Origin: Mytilus edulis
Lineage: Eukaryota
Direction of reading: 5' to 3'
Length of the DNA stretch: 64,000 nt
Assembly: GCF_963676685.1 (NCBI RefSeq)
Contig: NC_092356.1
Span: 32,798,001 to 32,862,000, forward strand
In this document: positions 12,953 through 27,144 of the stretch, in pieces
Position numbering within the stretch: the stretch's first letter is position 1
Layout: every line of letters begins with the position of its first letter
Translations under genes and position numbers: made by a program
The notes under the pieces: model-generated
Databases searched by the model: none
Seen by the model: the letters and a program-made list of their open reading frames with translations, nothing else
What the model was told of the DNA's origin: nothing

Positions 12953-15613
12953 CAAGGCTTCATGTTGAAGCCGTACATTTACCTATAATAGTTTACTTTT
13001 ATAAATTGCTATTTGAATGGAGAGTTGTCCCATTGGCAATCACACCACATCTTCCTATATCTATAACCGCTTTGTCTGAGATATCTAAATTCGTTGAACG
13101 ATTTGCTCCGAGGCTTTAATATTCAACTAACGTAGACGCCATTTTGGCTATCTAGATATATTTAGCAGAAAGCAAAACGGACAACAGATATGTAACCATA
13201 CGATAGGTAGATTAAAGTCCGCGATATCCTTTCGGATAGTGGGACTACAAAACCTGAGACGAACGTTTTGCATATTATTGTAATTTGTCGGTCATTCGCA
13301 TTGGTTCAGTAGTCGAAATCTACGTAGTCCTCCGAAGCAACTAAGATACTAACCGCACCCCTGGTGATACGCCCCTTAAAAAGGCATTCTGTTGCATAAA
13401 CTGTATTATGACTGTAGTTGTTCACAGATCGTTGTCAATATAATTGAATTTGATGCGATTGTCTATAAAACCAGGTTCAATCTACCATTTTCTTCATTAT
13501 AAATGCCTATACCAAGTCAAGAATATGACAGTTGTTGTCCATTCGTTTGATGTGTTTTATCTTTTGATTTTGCCAATTGATGAAGGACTTATGTTTTGAA
13601 TTTTCCTCGGTGTTTTTTTTTTTTTTATTTTACTTTTTGTGTATGTGTCTGTATCCGGGTATCGAGACCATTCTGGTGAATAAATGCAAAATCATTTACC
13701 TTCACATTTCAACAAGATGTATGGATAACCACTGCCGATTCGTTTGGGAAATAAAATAAAATCGAAACATAATGTTGAAACTTGCAATCAGAAAGTCTAT
13801 CTCGAGTTTGACAATAATCTCAAATGTCATTCTGTAGTAATAAGACTTCATAGAGGCATTTTTTTTTATAGATTTAGTCAGAACTAAAATAGTATAATAT
13901 ATGGCCATAAATGTAGCTTTGTGTCATAAAAAGAAGAGTAACTACTTACCCTTCAGGTGCACATCGGTTATAGATTTTGCTCAATCTTTATTAAACAATT
14001 TTCAGTTTTGATATTGAGATTGGTTAACTGCTTTCATCTGAATGTTTTACTCATATGTATTTGTTTAAATCTAAATGAAGTATACTAAGCATTAAGTGTG
14101 GTGTACGTAATTTATATGTAGCAGTTTCATTAAACTCAATAAAATCAGAAGACACCAAAATATGATCTGACACAATGTGTTTTATTATACAAGTAAGATG
14201 TTTCACTAGCTATAAAACCAGATTGAATTCACCCTTATCTACAAAAAAAAATCCTGCCTGTACCTAGTCATGAATATGACAGTTGTTATCCATTCTTTTA
14301 AATTTGATGTGTTTAAGCTTTTGATTTTGCCATATCCGATTTAAATTTTCCTCAGAGTTCAATACTTTCACGATTATACTTTTTAAATCAGAATACTAAT
14401 GTACCTGTCCCTCCTCGTTGTTAGTCTTCTTTGCAGGATCTAAGACTTCTACGTTTTAAATGTATCATCGCAAAAAACAAAAAAGGTAGCAAAGTGGAAA
14501 TTAGAATTCATACGTAGAAGTAAGACCATGTGCAATATAAAAGATACCAATGCATAACTGTAGTGAACCTCAGAATCAAATGTTTTAACGTGACATTTCC
14601 ATAAACATTGCCCCAACGTCTCAGTGTTTTAATAATTCCCGGTGAATTGTACATATTTTTATTTTCCTTTTGTAATTTCAATTCTAATTGTGATTCTTCT
14701 AAAGGTTTTGTACATATGTGTTTTTTTATCAACTGTGTAAAATGATGTATAGAATATTAAAGAGAGATTCAAAATACATTAATCGAATAGGAACAGACAA
14801 CACCATAGAAAAAACGAGAAAAAAAACCAGAAAAAACGACATAAAATTTGTCAACACATCACTACGTTGAAAACTAAAGACTGATCTCGAGCTATACAGA
14901 CCTCACCAAATACCAGGAGTAAATTCAGGTGCTCCGGAAGGTTAATCAGATACAGCTCCTACTCATTTACAGTATGTTGATGAGATGTGAAGTGATTAAA
15001 CATCACCCACTACCAAATTACTATTAATGTCCAAATGACCAAATATTTAAAACATCGACCATGTAAATTTTAAAACCACTGCCAATTAAATTGACCGAAT
15101 GTGAAATTTTGACTTTTTAGGACAAAGTTTAGACAAGAGAGTGACCAGTTAAAACAACACAATCATCGATACATTTAAAATCACAAAGTATAACATAAAA
15201 AAAGCAAGAGCAACGCGAACCACTTAAAATAAAAGCTAGCGGAGATGCAGATGCATCGGAAGTGTGAGAAGGTTCTGCTCTACATATGCATGTATCAACC
15301 GTAAAGATTGTTAACAAGTCTCGTGCGATGACATCAGTATTAAAGAACAGGATGGGATTGTAGTAATGTTAATTGCAACATTTACCAGGATATCTGTGAT
15401 ACAGATTTTTATAAGGATTTACAATCTTGTGACGGCGCCCGTATAAATTTGAGGATTTTTTTTTTCGAGAAAGGACTTTGAAATAGTTTCGAAGATAACG
15501 AATGGCCAAGGATTGTTGGAGATAACATACTAGGTTTAATGTAGATATTAAGCTACATATTAGAAATATAAAATCTTTGCAGTTCAGTCATACTGTTGCC
15601 TTTTTGAATATGT

Positions 15614-17121
15614 CTATCTTTCTAACGCATTCCATTCACTTATCAGCAATGTTACTATCTCGTTAACCTGTAATAAACAAATCATTTTATCACACATTCT
15701 CTAAAATGAAAATGTTTAGCCATGGCGTTGTCAATATAAAATAGAAGATATGGTATGAATGCCAATGAGACAACTCTCCACAAGAGACCAATTGACACAG
15801 AATTTATAGGTCACCGTACGGCCTTCAACAATGAGCAGAGCTCATATCGTAAAGTCAGCTATAAAATGGCACGAAATGAAAAATGTAAAACAATTCAAAC
15901 GAATAACTAGCGGCCTTTTTGTATGTACAAAAAATAAACGATTAACAAATAACATACACATCAACAGTTTAATTTCGACTTATGTAGTGTAAATGTCCCT
16001 CTGGTATCTTTCGCACATCCTTAATAACGTTAGAGCAAAAACGTTTTCAATGAAGGTAATTACGAATCTTACACATAAAACTTTTACATCTTACCTTAAA
16101 ATTGCAAAAATAAAAGAAATATGACTCACATGAACAGATAATAGTATATATTAACACTGTTATCTGTTTCTATCAATGCACAACATTAATGCAGCTAAAA
16201 TTAATACTAGTACGCTATAAAGTTAAAATATATTTGTGATTGGTTGAGATGATATATATAGTTAAAGAAAAAAAACTATTGATAGATAACGAGCATATAC
16301 TCTCTCCTAATTATATGAGTTTGTCTTCCAACTGTTTTGATTCGTGCATCATTAATGAGTCTTCTGTAGATGTATTGCTCGCTTGCATACAAATTATTGT
16401 AAGCATTGAATCGTTGAAGCATTTTAAAAACTGGACTGATGCCTTTGCGGGTGCTTGATACGACACTGAGCTTAAAGGTATAACACCACCTCAGTATGTG
16501 TTGAATTGAAATATTAATCATAATATGTACATTCTCTATACATTTGCTGTATATAAAACAGGTAAATTTTTCGACAACTAAGGTCATTCTAACCCAAAAT
16601 ATTGGCTTAGCAGTTTTTCGCACATTTTTGTTTCGATTTTTTTTTCGTTTTTTTAACTCTATAACTTCTGTCTTTTTTCGCACGCCACTGATGAGTCGTA
16701 TGTCGACTAAACGCATTTCGGCAGTACTCAATTATCCACATGAGATCAAACTAATCACCAAACGTTGAATTAATCAGTGAAATGGCAACAAAGCACGATG
16801 TTAAAGGATAAAGCTAGCTTCATTTCATGATAGATAAATCTGTTATCCAACCGTGCATGTGCTTTGTCCTTTGGTCGAAATCACATCAAAATTTCTAATC
16901 TCTGTACAAGGCATGGTAAAAATATTCAGCACAAACATTAACTACTTCCAATTTGATTACTTTCGACTTACGCATTTGAATATGTCTGATGCAATCTTTA
17001 CTCGATGGTTAAATGTGAAATCTTCCATTAAATTCATTGTTCGTCTAATGTCTTCTGGTAAAAGAATAAAGCCGTGCTGCTTCAGCTCTTTTGAGAGTTC
17101 TTCAATCAACCAAACAGTATC
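15614..17121 (-). CDS. Exons 7 (17121-16972) and 8 (15667-15614, TAG stop) of copy 1
   Basis: Acceptors TTTCAG and TTACAG; donor TGC|GTAAGT. The last exon is 54 nt, the same length as the paralogue's last exon (49795-49742; VNEIV vs VQDIV). Confidence 0.7.
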
Positions 17122-20100
17122 CTGAAATGTTTTTTGAAAAAAAGCTAGAACACAACAAAACAGTTTGTTTTAAGTACAAGCTGTGTCAACTGAAGTTCGT
17201 CCCTGCTTTAACCTAAAGACAGTTCAATGTATATAAACTCATCATAGATACTAAGATTAAATTTTGTATTTACGCCAGACGCGCGTTTCGTCTACAACAG
17301 TTTTATTACGTTTGATTCTTTAATATGCTTCATCTATCAATTGCATGTACATATTTGTTAGACTGTGTATCAAATTGCCAGCTTTTCCGTTTCGCTCTGT
17401 AGGCTAAGAAAACGTCTAACCAAGTATTGGTTTTTCAGAAGGTTTGATATGCAAATATCAAAGACCGTATATTAGTTTTAGTACGAAATCTTTTTTAATA
17501 GAACAAATCAAAATAAACACTTGCATAAGTTTTGTTTCTTATTTGTAAGTTTTGGGTATATGAACATTTTCTTTCTTTTTTCCAATCTTGTCAATATAGC
17601 ACAGGTATCAAGCCAGAGGATAATACTCTTCAGTCTATCTTTTTGTCGTTTTGATAATTTCCCGTTTGACATATTTTAGGATGTCTGCTTGTCATGTTTT
17701 GGAATTTCTGTCAGATTTTCGGAATCCTCTGGTTTTATCCATTTGAATGCCTTCAAAAAATGTCCCCATGAACCCCAATTTTCTTTTTATAATCTTTTAC
17801 ATGTATCATTATAAGTCATTTGTAAAGGTCTATAAAATTCTATTTTTTTAGTAGTATCTGAGAACTTTAACTGGTCAATGATAAAGCTATGAAAAATCAA
17901 GAGAGAACATTTTCCCTCCAAATATCCAATGGCTAATATCACGAAAAGAAGCACATTGATCCCTATTTTTTTTGATTTTTTGATTCCTCAATTTATTCCC
18001 TATCAATACATACTAGTTTTATGAAAAGTTATTTATGTTGAAACTGAGCAACGAACATCCTTAATGAAGGATTTTAGCCGAAATTGAATTATTATACACC
18101 ATGAGGTTGATGCCAGCAGAGTGAGTTTACTTTAAAACCACTATCTTCTGGTTTATTTATGCTATGTTTGATACATTGTTAGTCAGCATTGTGTATTTGC
18201 AACTGTATTTTTCAATCAGTTTTTCTTTTAATTGATTTATTATTTTCATCCTTTTTCATATTTTTCGCTGTTAATGATGGAGATTAATTTGTTTATCTAG
18301 GACACTATTTAGTTCTCATTTATATTGACTTTATGTAATTTTTTTTTTTGGGGGGGGGGGGGGGATTTCCATGTTGCTTTTCTGTCGCATGGACTTAATG
18401 AAAAATATGCTTTAGTTCATATCTTATATGACAGTTGGGTGTAAGCATGATTAATGTATCTCTGGGCAAAATTAAATGATTTAAGCAAACTTAAGTTTAC
18501 GAATATTTAAGTCCTAAACTCGAGACTAGCAAAACATGTTGTAGTTACATTAAATCAACAAAATATCTAATCAACAGAAAAATAATTAGAACAAATTCCA
18601 TCACTTACTAATTAAAAGCAATATTTTGTATTTCGTGGATTGTGTTTTGTTGATAAATAAAAAAAAAAACACATGTATACATACCTTTTCCTTCTCAGCT
18701 GACTTGCTGAACAATGTGAGTAGCAGATTTACTGTTTGATTAACTGCATTAGATTTTTCGACTGTTACTTTGTTTAATGATTGTGGTCTGCTTACAGTTG
18801 CCCATGTTTCTGAGCTGTCACCATGCTGTAGATAATAGATCAGTCTTTCAAGAAGATTAATAAGTCTATGTAGTCTTGCTTCATATTCCGACTGTCTTAC
18901 TATGTTTGAATGATGCAGCCGTGGATCAACAGCCACTTTTCGACCTCTGTGTAGTTTTTCTAAATAAATATACAATTGAATTAGCAGAGGAAGTTAGAGT
19001 AAATTCTTTTTAAAACTGGATTAATATGTGTCCTCTTTTATGTCAGTGTTGAATTTTTGGTTTAAGGTTATTCTACGTTATGTATTATTCAATATACATA
19101 GGTTAGTTTCAAGCACCTCAGATTAGAAATAGATAGAGTTCTAAATGTTCACAAAAGGCATCAAATTAATTTTGGTACCTTTATTTTGAATAGCATTGTA
19201 TTGCAGTTACTGTGATAAAAAGAAAAAAAAACGTAAAAACGGGAAGATAACAAAAATACCTAAATCCAAGGAAAATTAATATCGGAAAGTCCCTTATCAA
19301 ATAGCAAATTCAAAGTTATCCTTGGTTGACCGACTGAATGATTATTCTAAAAGCAATAAGATTTGTTGCCCTACATTGCTATTAAGAATGTGTATGTGTA
19401 GCTTATTTGAAGTACACAAATCAAATTTAAAAAAAAACTTCCATTACTTTGTTTAATGTTGAGAATTGCAGCTTTTCCTCTAGCTCTTTGAACATCTAGG
19501 TCGACCTCTGTTATTTTCTTGCTAGCACGGTCCTGAATACGGAATAATATTTCGTTGACGTTCTTGCCTTCTATTGAAGCATTTAACATCTTTCGAGCAG
19601 CTCTGATACCACAGTTCTACAATTATAAAAAAACATATATTTATATTAGATCAAAGCATATATTGAATTCATTGTATCGATATTACCTGAATCTGTGATT
19701 TGAATGTTGAGTTCAATGTATTCTTGTTTATCCTACTTTAACCCTTGGCAAGAATTGAATGTTAAATTTCTTTATTTGGTCGACGGTTTCTAGAGAAAAT
19801 AGAGGAAGTAGTAAAAGCAATATCAAAGCAAAAATGCGAAACAAGAAACAATAGAGAACACACTTCAACAACCATAATGTGTTGTATGCAGTACGGTCCA
19901 AAGAAATGTATTTATTCAAGAAAAAAAATGATTTTCATGGTTTTGTGTTAGAATTTAATGCAAAAGGCAATTACATTTTATGCTCTGAAAGTATCTTCAT
20001 CAGTTAAGAGTATATATACCTCGTGCGATTCTTGCAAAGGAAGTTCGTCGTAGATCAACAGATAGTAACAGGCTGTTTTTGTCTCAGATTCTAAATATCC

Positions 20101-23100
20101 ATTTGTTTCAGTGCAAATCTGCAAAATGTATTGTCCTGGTGATTCTGGTGGGAAAACGTCAATCACTACTTCTTTGTATGTTCTTCTTCGTATTAAACAA
20201 CACTGGGTTAGTTCATTGATCACTTCGTAATCCTCCGAATGGTTTGATGTTGCTTCTGAAGACAACACATTTGCTTTTATGGAAATCAGTTCAGACATTC
20301 TATTATCTATCCGAAATTTTATCTGGAAATGTCTGCTCAAATCGATGTGCAGTATTCCAGATCTGTATGACGGATGAGATAGCCCAGAGAAGTACATGAA
20401 AGGACCAGGCCCCAGCCCAATAGCACCAGTGTTAATAGGAAGTGGCATGGGTTCAGGATGACACACCTTGCAATCGATATCAACTGCGAGTATTTTTAGA
20501 AGAGGTTCACCATATTTACCGGCATAAAATACAAGTGTGTAGGTACCAGTATAAGGAAACAGTATATCACATGTCCAGGTTGATTCGTTTCTGATAAGAT
20601 AAACAAACTTTTGTAAGAAGTTATCATTTTCAATTTTTATATCTAAGTCTGTCTCAACTAATTCTAAATTATACCAAAGTACCAATTCATATACGGATTC
20701 GTATGTTCCCATGAAACCAAGTGTAATTCTACCATCGTCACAGGTTATTCGGTGGCTCAAATGAGTAGTAAGTTTTAGACCCGTTCTCCACCAAGGAGGA
20801 AAGAACATGTCTTGGTCTAAGAATTGTTCTTTTGTTATTGGTTCAAGAAGTAACTGCCATTTTTCATCATCAGGAAAGCATTCGTGAATAAAATGTTCTG
20901 GATTTGACAATACATAATGATCTAAGAATGTTTTCTTTAGAATCTCATTCGTATCTGAATGGACTTCAGTATAAGATTTGACCATGTCTTTTGATATATT
21001 CCCTGATAGTGTTCGACATATGCGATATGGATGAACAAGCTGCCACGTGTCTTTAATAAAAACTGCTACCCATGCGCATGGAAGTAATGTGCTTCCATCA
21101 TCACTCCTGCAGACACCACTTATCTTGTCACATTTAATACCAGTAGCCCTGAAAAATGATACGGACTAAGCAAGGAAGACGAAATGTTTTTATTTTATTT
21201 TTTTATTTACAGCTTGAAATTACGATTATTATTAATTTCATTCACACAATGATGACATAATTACACGCCTTACATACCGAAAAAAACTTACAAGAGATTT
21301 AAGAATAAATGTAAAAAATAATTGAATCTTTTTTTCTCTTTTCTACCAATGAAATAGGTAACATTGCTTGATTAATATTATAGGGAATGTATTTCACAGA
21401 AAAACCGAAATAACTGAAGCATTAAAAGAGAAACCGTAACGATATATACCAATTGAATATTCGATCAACTGACATATACGTCGATGATCAGCTAACAAGG
21501 CAATCACAAAAATCGAACAAAAAGACAAAAAAAAACAGTCAACAAAAATACTGGTCATAAGATGTAAAAGCATAGTTAATGGTAACTTATCTTTCACCAG
21601 AAAAAAAATCAACTAAAAACCTAAAAAGGAAACCATTTAAAACATATAAATGTGTATGTGAGACAGGTCCGATACTTCAGTATCAGAAACTTTCAGAAAT
21701 GTTTACCAGATGAAACGCATCGAAGAATTATTTACGTTTGTTGGGTTAAATACCTGACTTTAATATTTTGCCAGTAAAATTTGAATACACGAAATATGCA
21801 CATGATGATCTTTTGTGGATTTTTACAAATCTTCAGATAAAAAAGGATAAAATCTTTAATGTTTTTTAAATCGGTCAGATCATACAAACAGGGTATTAGG
21901 ATTTGTACTGTGTTGTTTGAATGTTTTTGTTCGAATTTTATTAGCACCGAATTTCAATTTTGATATAAAAAAAACTACTACCGTTGTTTTAATTGTCATA
22001 TATATCTTAAACCATTCGAATCAAGTAAAATCTATAAATAATAAATATGTTATTTTAACATACCAGCATAATAAAATAAATATTGTGGTAAATGTAGTTT
22101 TATGTTGCCGTAACAGTCTAATTAATACATCCGGGGTTCTGCCTTGTCCTTCACCAGATCTGTATAACAGAGGAGAAGATGGAGGCTCTAAATCCTCAAC
22201 TGTATCATGAGCCAATGCATCTGACAACCAAATAATAAAGGACCTGATCAGCAGAATGTCACTGTCAGGGTGGTTGGGTATCGGTTCTTTTAGATAATCT
22301 CTCAGCTCTCTAAAACTGCTCAGTGCTACCCGTGGTACCTGAAATTATTTTAAATCAAAATCGCCAATATCTTGTTCTGCACCCTTGTCAATCTTACCTA
22401 CAAGCTGAGATATGAGATACTAGTAATATTGCAATTCTTTGTATTTTTAAATTGACAAAATTATCTTTTGCACAACGTTTTCTGCACGTATGAAAGCATT
22501 ATTACATTCTACATGTGCGTGTCCCAATTTATGTACCTATATTTCAATGGTGATTTTTGTCGCAGTGTATCACATTTGCTTTTGCTTATTCTTTTTTGTA
22601 CATACATAAGATAGTTAGGTTCCTCGTTTGAATTATTTTACATTTTCATTTTCTATGCGGCATGGGATTTTCTCATTGTTGAAGGCCTTACTGGGTCATC
22701 TATATAATTTGATCTCTGGTGGATAGTTGTCATAATTTCAGGATATCATACTAATGTACATTCTTATTATAATATCACGCATAAAAAGCAATGTATGCAA
22801 ATTTAAATCTACTGAATAGTTCACATTTCTGAAAGGTACAATGATGTGTTAGATCGTTGCTGATGCACTGTTAATAATCATTCACTTTCATTCATCTATC
22901 GAATGACACAAAAACAAAATAATGATGCATGAATTATGTGAACAGTTTATGTTACCTTCGATGCGTTCTTCTCGATAAGGTCTATCAAATCAGTGTTCAG
23001 ACCGTTATGGTTGGCTGCAATGACGTACTGTTCGCATAGAGCATTCCGGTACAAGACTCTTTTAACCACATTTCGCTTTGCTTGTCTTCGTTGAATTCAG

Positions 23101-26100
23101 TTTGTTGTTATGGGATTTGGTTCAAAGGAAAAATCTTGAGATGGAAGGATTTTGACCTAGGTTGAATAAAAAAATATGGTGTTAAAAGTTTTTGTACATT
23201 TCTATTTTTATTTTCGTTTTATGATTCGTTGATATTCACCAACATAAGAAATAACTTTCCAAGTATGCACATCCAATGTACATGTTGAAATGCATTTAAA
23301 CTAGACAAAGTGATGCCCCTGAACTCCATGCTGAAGTAAAATATTTTAATGAATCATAACAAAGTGAACTCGTCGGGGTTAAACATTTTTTGTGAGATTT
23401 CAACCTTCCCCTTATACCTCAAACCAATGTAGAATAAAGAAAACACACAAGCAATACGCACAGTAAAACTAAGTTTGAAAGAAGTTTAAGTCCGATGTCA
23501 TAAACACTTTAATTATAAAAAAAAAAAGATGTGGTATAATTGCCAATGACACAACTCTCCACAAAAGATCAGAATGACACAGAAATTAACAACTATAGGT
23601 CACCACAAGGCCTTCAACAATGAACAAAGCCATACAGCCCATACCCTTTAAAGACGGTTCATCAGTATCATTTTGAAAACATTTGTAGTGTTTTGGCCTG
23701 CAAAAAAATGTAATCATTTCGCAGTTCGATATTTCCGAAAACAGCGTCAAAGTAAGAGATACAGATGACTGACTAATCAAGTTAGACGTGGCATTGGTGA
23801 CAGGCCTTCCTTTTATGTATAACAAGTTTTAAAGAAATAAGAACTCATATGTCTGCCTTATATTTATAAGACATACATGTAGTAGCATGAATGTTATAAA
23901 CCTCACACAGAATATAGTGATTGATTGATTGTTGGTATCCTAACTCCAATGAAAAATATTCCAAACATGTTTAGATCGATAACAAATTAAAAACTAGATC
24001 TATCATTGCAAGTAATAGCAGGTGGCACCCAGCCCACATTGCAATTTAACTGCCACCACTTTAAAATCAGTCAAAGCACATACATACATAACAAAGCATG
24101 GTATAAAGGTTGAGGATATTTGAACTGCAACATTAAAATGAGGGTATATCAAATTTTGCTGTTTCATAGGCCACCGTTTGGCCCCGGAAATAGTTGTTTT
24201 ATTGCTTCTAAAAGTGTATATATCGTGGCACTATTTCTATACGAGGAAGCAACAAGTCCATAGTTCTTATTTTGTAAGCACGATAATGTTCCATTTTTAT
24301 ATCACTTCCAAATAGCAACAAAGGGCAGTTATTGAAGAATTGAATGGTTCTTATTGTAAATTCATTGGAGTGAAAAAGCGTTGACCGAAGTACATTTTGT
24401 ATGAAGTGCGGAAGCGCTTCATTCTAACAATGAGCGCAAGGTCAACGCTTTTACAACCCTATGAAACTGCTAAAAGAATCATTTGATAATTAAAACTATA
24501 TTTCTAAGCTGTGATCAATAGAACATGATTTATTTTAGCCAATCAAAATTACGTTTTCATAATGAAACATACATCCAATGTTAGGTTGAAGACATTGATG
24601 TACGTATTTAAAAAGAGGATACATGAAAGAGAGAGAACTTAACATTTTTTTTCTTTTGATAGTGTCAAGTACGTCGTGTGATATTTCATGACACAACAAG
24701 CTTTCAGTTTGCAAAGAAAGCGTCCACAATATCAGTTTGTCCTTTTTTGTTAAAAAACATTTGTTTCAGAACTCACACGCAAAGGTGCTAAAGTTGTGTG
24801 CCATTGACTTATTATACATATATCACTACATTTAGATATATCGAGATTATAAACTGTAGTAATATTCAACTTGTTTTTCTGATACTATTTTTATTGTCGT
24901 TTTTTTTCTAATCTGATCTGATAGATTGTTCTCATCTTATTTGGTCTGACGTTATTATCAATGACTCTACTTTTAAAGGCAAATTGCGTCTATTTCTGTC
25001 TTATATTTTATTAAGTACGTTTTGTTTGTTGTTGTTGTTGCCATACCTTTTCGCCTTGATGTTTATTTATTTCCAAATTCATTACTCAAGCGTTAATAAT
25101 ACATTGATTTAAGTTAAAAACATCACTTAACGTGATCGACACCTCTAAGTACATAGTTTTAATACGTTGTATTTTAGTGAAGATTTAAATTAAAACTGTA
25201 AATGACAGTGTCGGAGATATTTTGAATTACTATACCAACGAAGCATCGTCTACTCAAATGTACTACTTTTTACACAAATAACAGTTGTTACCACTTTAAA
25301 TTGAAAAGTATCTTTATACTGAATTTTATGTAAGAATTTTAACCTACCCCGTTCCATTTCAAATTTACAATCCAAAATTAAAATGCAAATCTTTTTATTC
25401 TGTAATTCATTTAATTAAATAGGTAATCATCATATTACAGTAAGTTGGCATTTTCTTCATTTTACGACCAAGGTAATAAAATTATAGGACTGAAAGGAAA
25501 ATAGAAGATTTGAATAAAATATAAAATTGACAGCAAATGTGTCTGTTCCAAGTCAGGAGCCTGTAGTGAAGTGGTTGTCGATGGTTCGTGTCTGTCATGT
25601 TTGTTTTGCGTTTATTGTTTTGTGACCAAGGTGATAAAATTATAGGACTGAAAGGAAAATAGAAGATTTGAATAAAATATAAAATTGACAGCAAATGTTG
25701 TTATAAATTATGCCATGAGTATTCTGAATTGAACTGTTTCACATTTTCATGTCGGGACCTTTTATAGCCGACTACGGTGTGGGTTTTTCTCATTGTTGAA
25801 GGCCGTATGTTTGCCTATAATTGCTTACATCCACTTTATTTGAACTTTGGTGGATATTTCTCTCATTGGCAACCATACATCATCTCTATATTTTAAGAAT
25901 ACAAATATAAAACGTGTAACGATTAAAATTTTCTTATTTTAATAGTGAAGACTACATTTAAATTCATTTGAAGAGGGACACGTTCTCTATAAATTTTAGT
26001 ACATAATATATAGTAAATTGTATAAAACAAACCTTATCATTGACGAAACTTTCCGATTCTAACTCAGCTTCTGTGGTTGCTGTCACTTTGTTGAGATTAT

Positions 26101-26149
26101 TTTCCCCTTGAAAAATACGGGGCTCTCTCTTGGCTGGATTATTACCCAT
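15614..26149 (-). CDS. Hillarin/KY (kyphoscoliosis peptidase)/ltd-1-like transglutaminase-fold protein, copy 1; 8 coding exons; one in-frame TGA
   Basis: Exons 26149-26033, 23156-22956, 22338-22064, 21148-20020, 19616-19448, 18959-18685, 17121-16972, 15667-15614. All are GT-AG with matching phases (0,0,2,0,1,0,0). Family motifs: IRSFIIWL, TP, FILLCWATGIKC..ISG, AWVAV....WQLVHP, HYVLSNPEHFIHECFPDDEKWQLL..PIT.EQF, P.TGTY.L.FY, G.GPG. Confidence 0.82.
17678..18061. mobile_element. Short non-autonomous TIR element (Kolobok-like) in an intron
   Basis: Ends AGGATGT...ACATCCT in a TT(A/T)A-like context. Confidence 0.5.
18685..19616 (-). CDS. Exons 5 (19616-19448) and 6 (18959-18685) of copy 1, C-terminal helical region
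   Basis: Open frames with consistent phase. RIQD..DLDVQRAR.K and SNIVRQSEYEARL match paralogue remnants KIQD..DLDI*KARRK (~52950-53050) and STIVRQSQYEKRF (~52495-52533). Confidence 0.8.
20020..21148 (-). CDS. Large exon 4 of KY/hillarin-like copy 1 (end of transglutaminase core plus Ig-like repeats)
   Basis: 1129-nt open exon with acceptor TTTTTCAG and donor GAG|GTATAT. It contains most of the 335-aa ORF in the track and is homologous to 53449-54566. Confidence 0.9.
22064..22338 (-). CDS. Exon 3 of KY/hillarin-like copy 1
   Basis: VPRVALSSFRELRDYL...LLIRSFIIWL...RTPDVLIRLL...IFILLC. Homologous to 55364-55617. Confidence 0.85.
26033..26149 (-). CDS. First coding exon of copy 1 (MGNNPAK..., possible N-myristoylation)
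   Basis: ATG-GGT start, 39 codons, donor AAG|GTTTGT, upstream acceptor near 26161. Confidence 0.65.
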
Positions 26150-27144
26150 CGAGGTATGTTTCTACTTCAAAATACTCTTGATTTTAGTCAAAAGATGAAA
26201 AATAAACTAAATCACGTCATAATCTTTAAAATGTCAATTATTGTGAAAATATGTTTTGATTGTACCTGTCTTGAAAGGTATAATTTTATTTACTACGAAG
26301 GTAAACAGTGATTTAAACAACATTCCCATTATTAGAACAACAAAACGGATGTATTAAATAACTTTAAATTAATTAAAATACGTAAATGGAGAATACTTTA
26401 TTTATGACATTAAACAATAAGTTTTCTGTACCTGTTGAAGAGGAGTTCAATATAAATTTAATATACTTTAGACCTATATATACAAGAAAGGCAAACTGGA
26501 CAATTTTTAACTAAAGATGGTATTTTGCCAAATATGTCGAGTTTAAGATGTTAACTTTGGTTGGGTTACTGTTACTTATCTATTCAAATACAACATAACT
26601 CATAAAGTTGTTATTAAATTGATCCGGGGGATCGATATTTGTTAGTAAATGAGTTTTTTTAATCAATCCTTATATGTAGGATATAAACTGCATTGCGTAA
26701 AACGAATTGAATGTATTTCAATAGCAACAGAATTTTATATGCACTGTAAGACCAATGCAAAATTTCAAGATTATAACTTGGCAGACAAAAAGAAAAATAC
26801 CAGGTAGTCACAAGGGATGACTGGGGTAAATAAATATGATCATCCCTGGAATTATCCCGTTCCATACTATATTATTACCCTACTACATGAGTGTCAAGAG
26901 ATCTGCACGTTAAAGACCACTTGCTACGCCTAACCGAGGGGCCCTTATAGGGTATCTTGCAAAGCAAAATAATTAATCATATCCATCAAACCGACATTTT
27001 CCAGAAACAGTTGACATTTCTTGCATATCGACCTTCCTATCAGAACCTGCTTAATGTTTTAATTCTGAAAATGTTCTTGTCTTGTATATCGATGAAATAT
27101 TAGCTACACTGTACGTTAAACAAATACAAATATATCATTTTTGT

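Noticed and set aside
15480-15613. SECIS element that would make the exon-2 TGA a selenocysteine
   Set aside because: An ATGA..AAA is present, but the spacing is short and there is no complementary 3' arm with GA. The TGA is also outside the catalytic region.
16276-16731. 151-aa ORF as an exon of the KY-like gene
   Set aside because: It is made of common interspersed-repeat sequence (AGACTCAT.A.TGA.GC.CGAATC, also seen near 3860 and 49980) and has no counterpart in copy 2.
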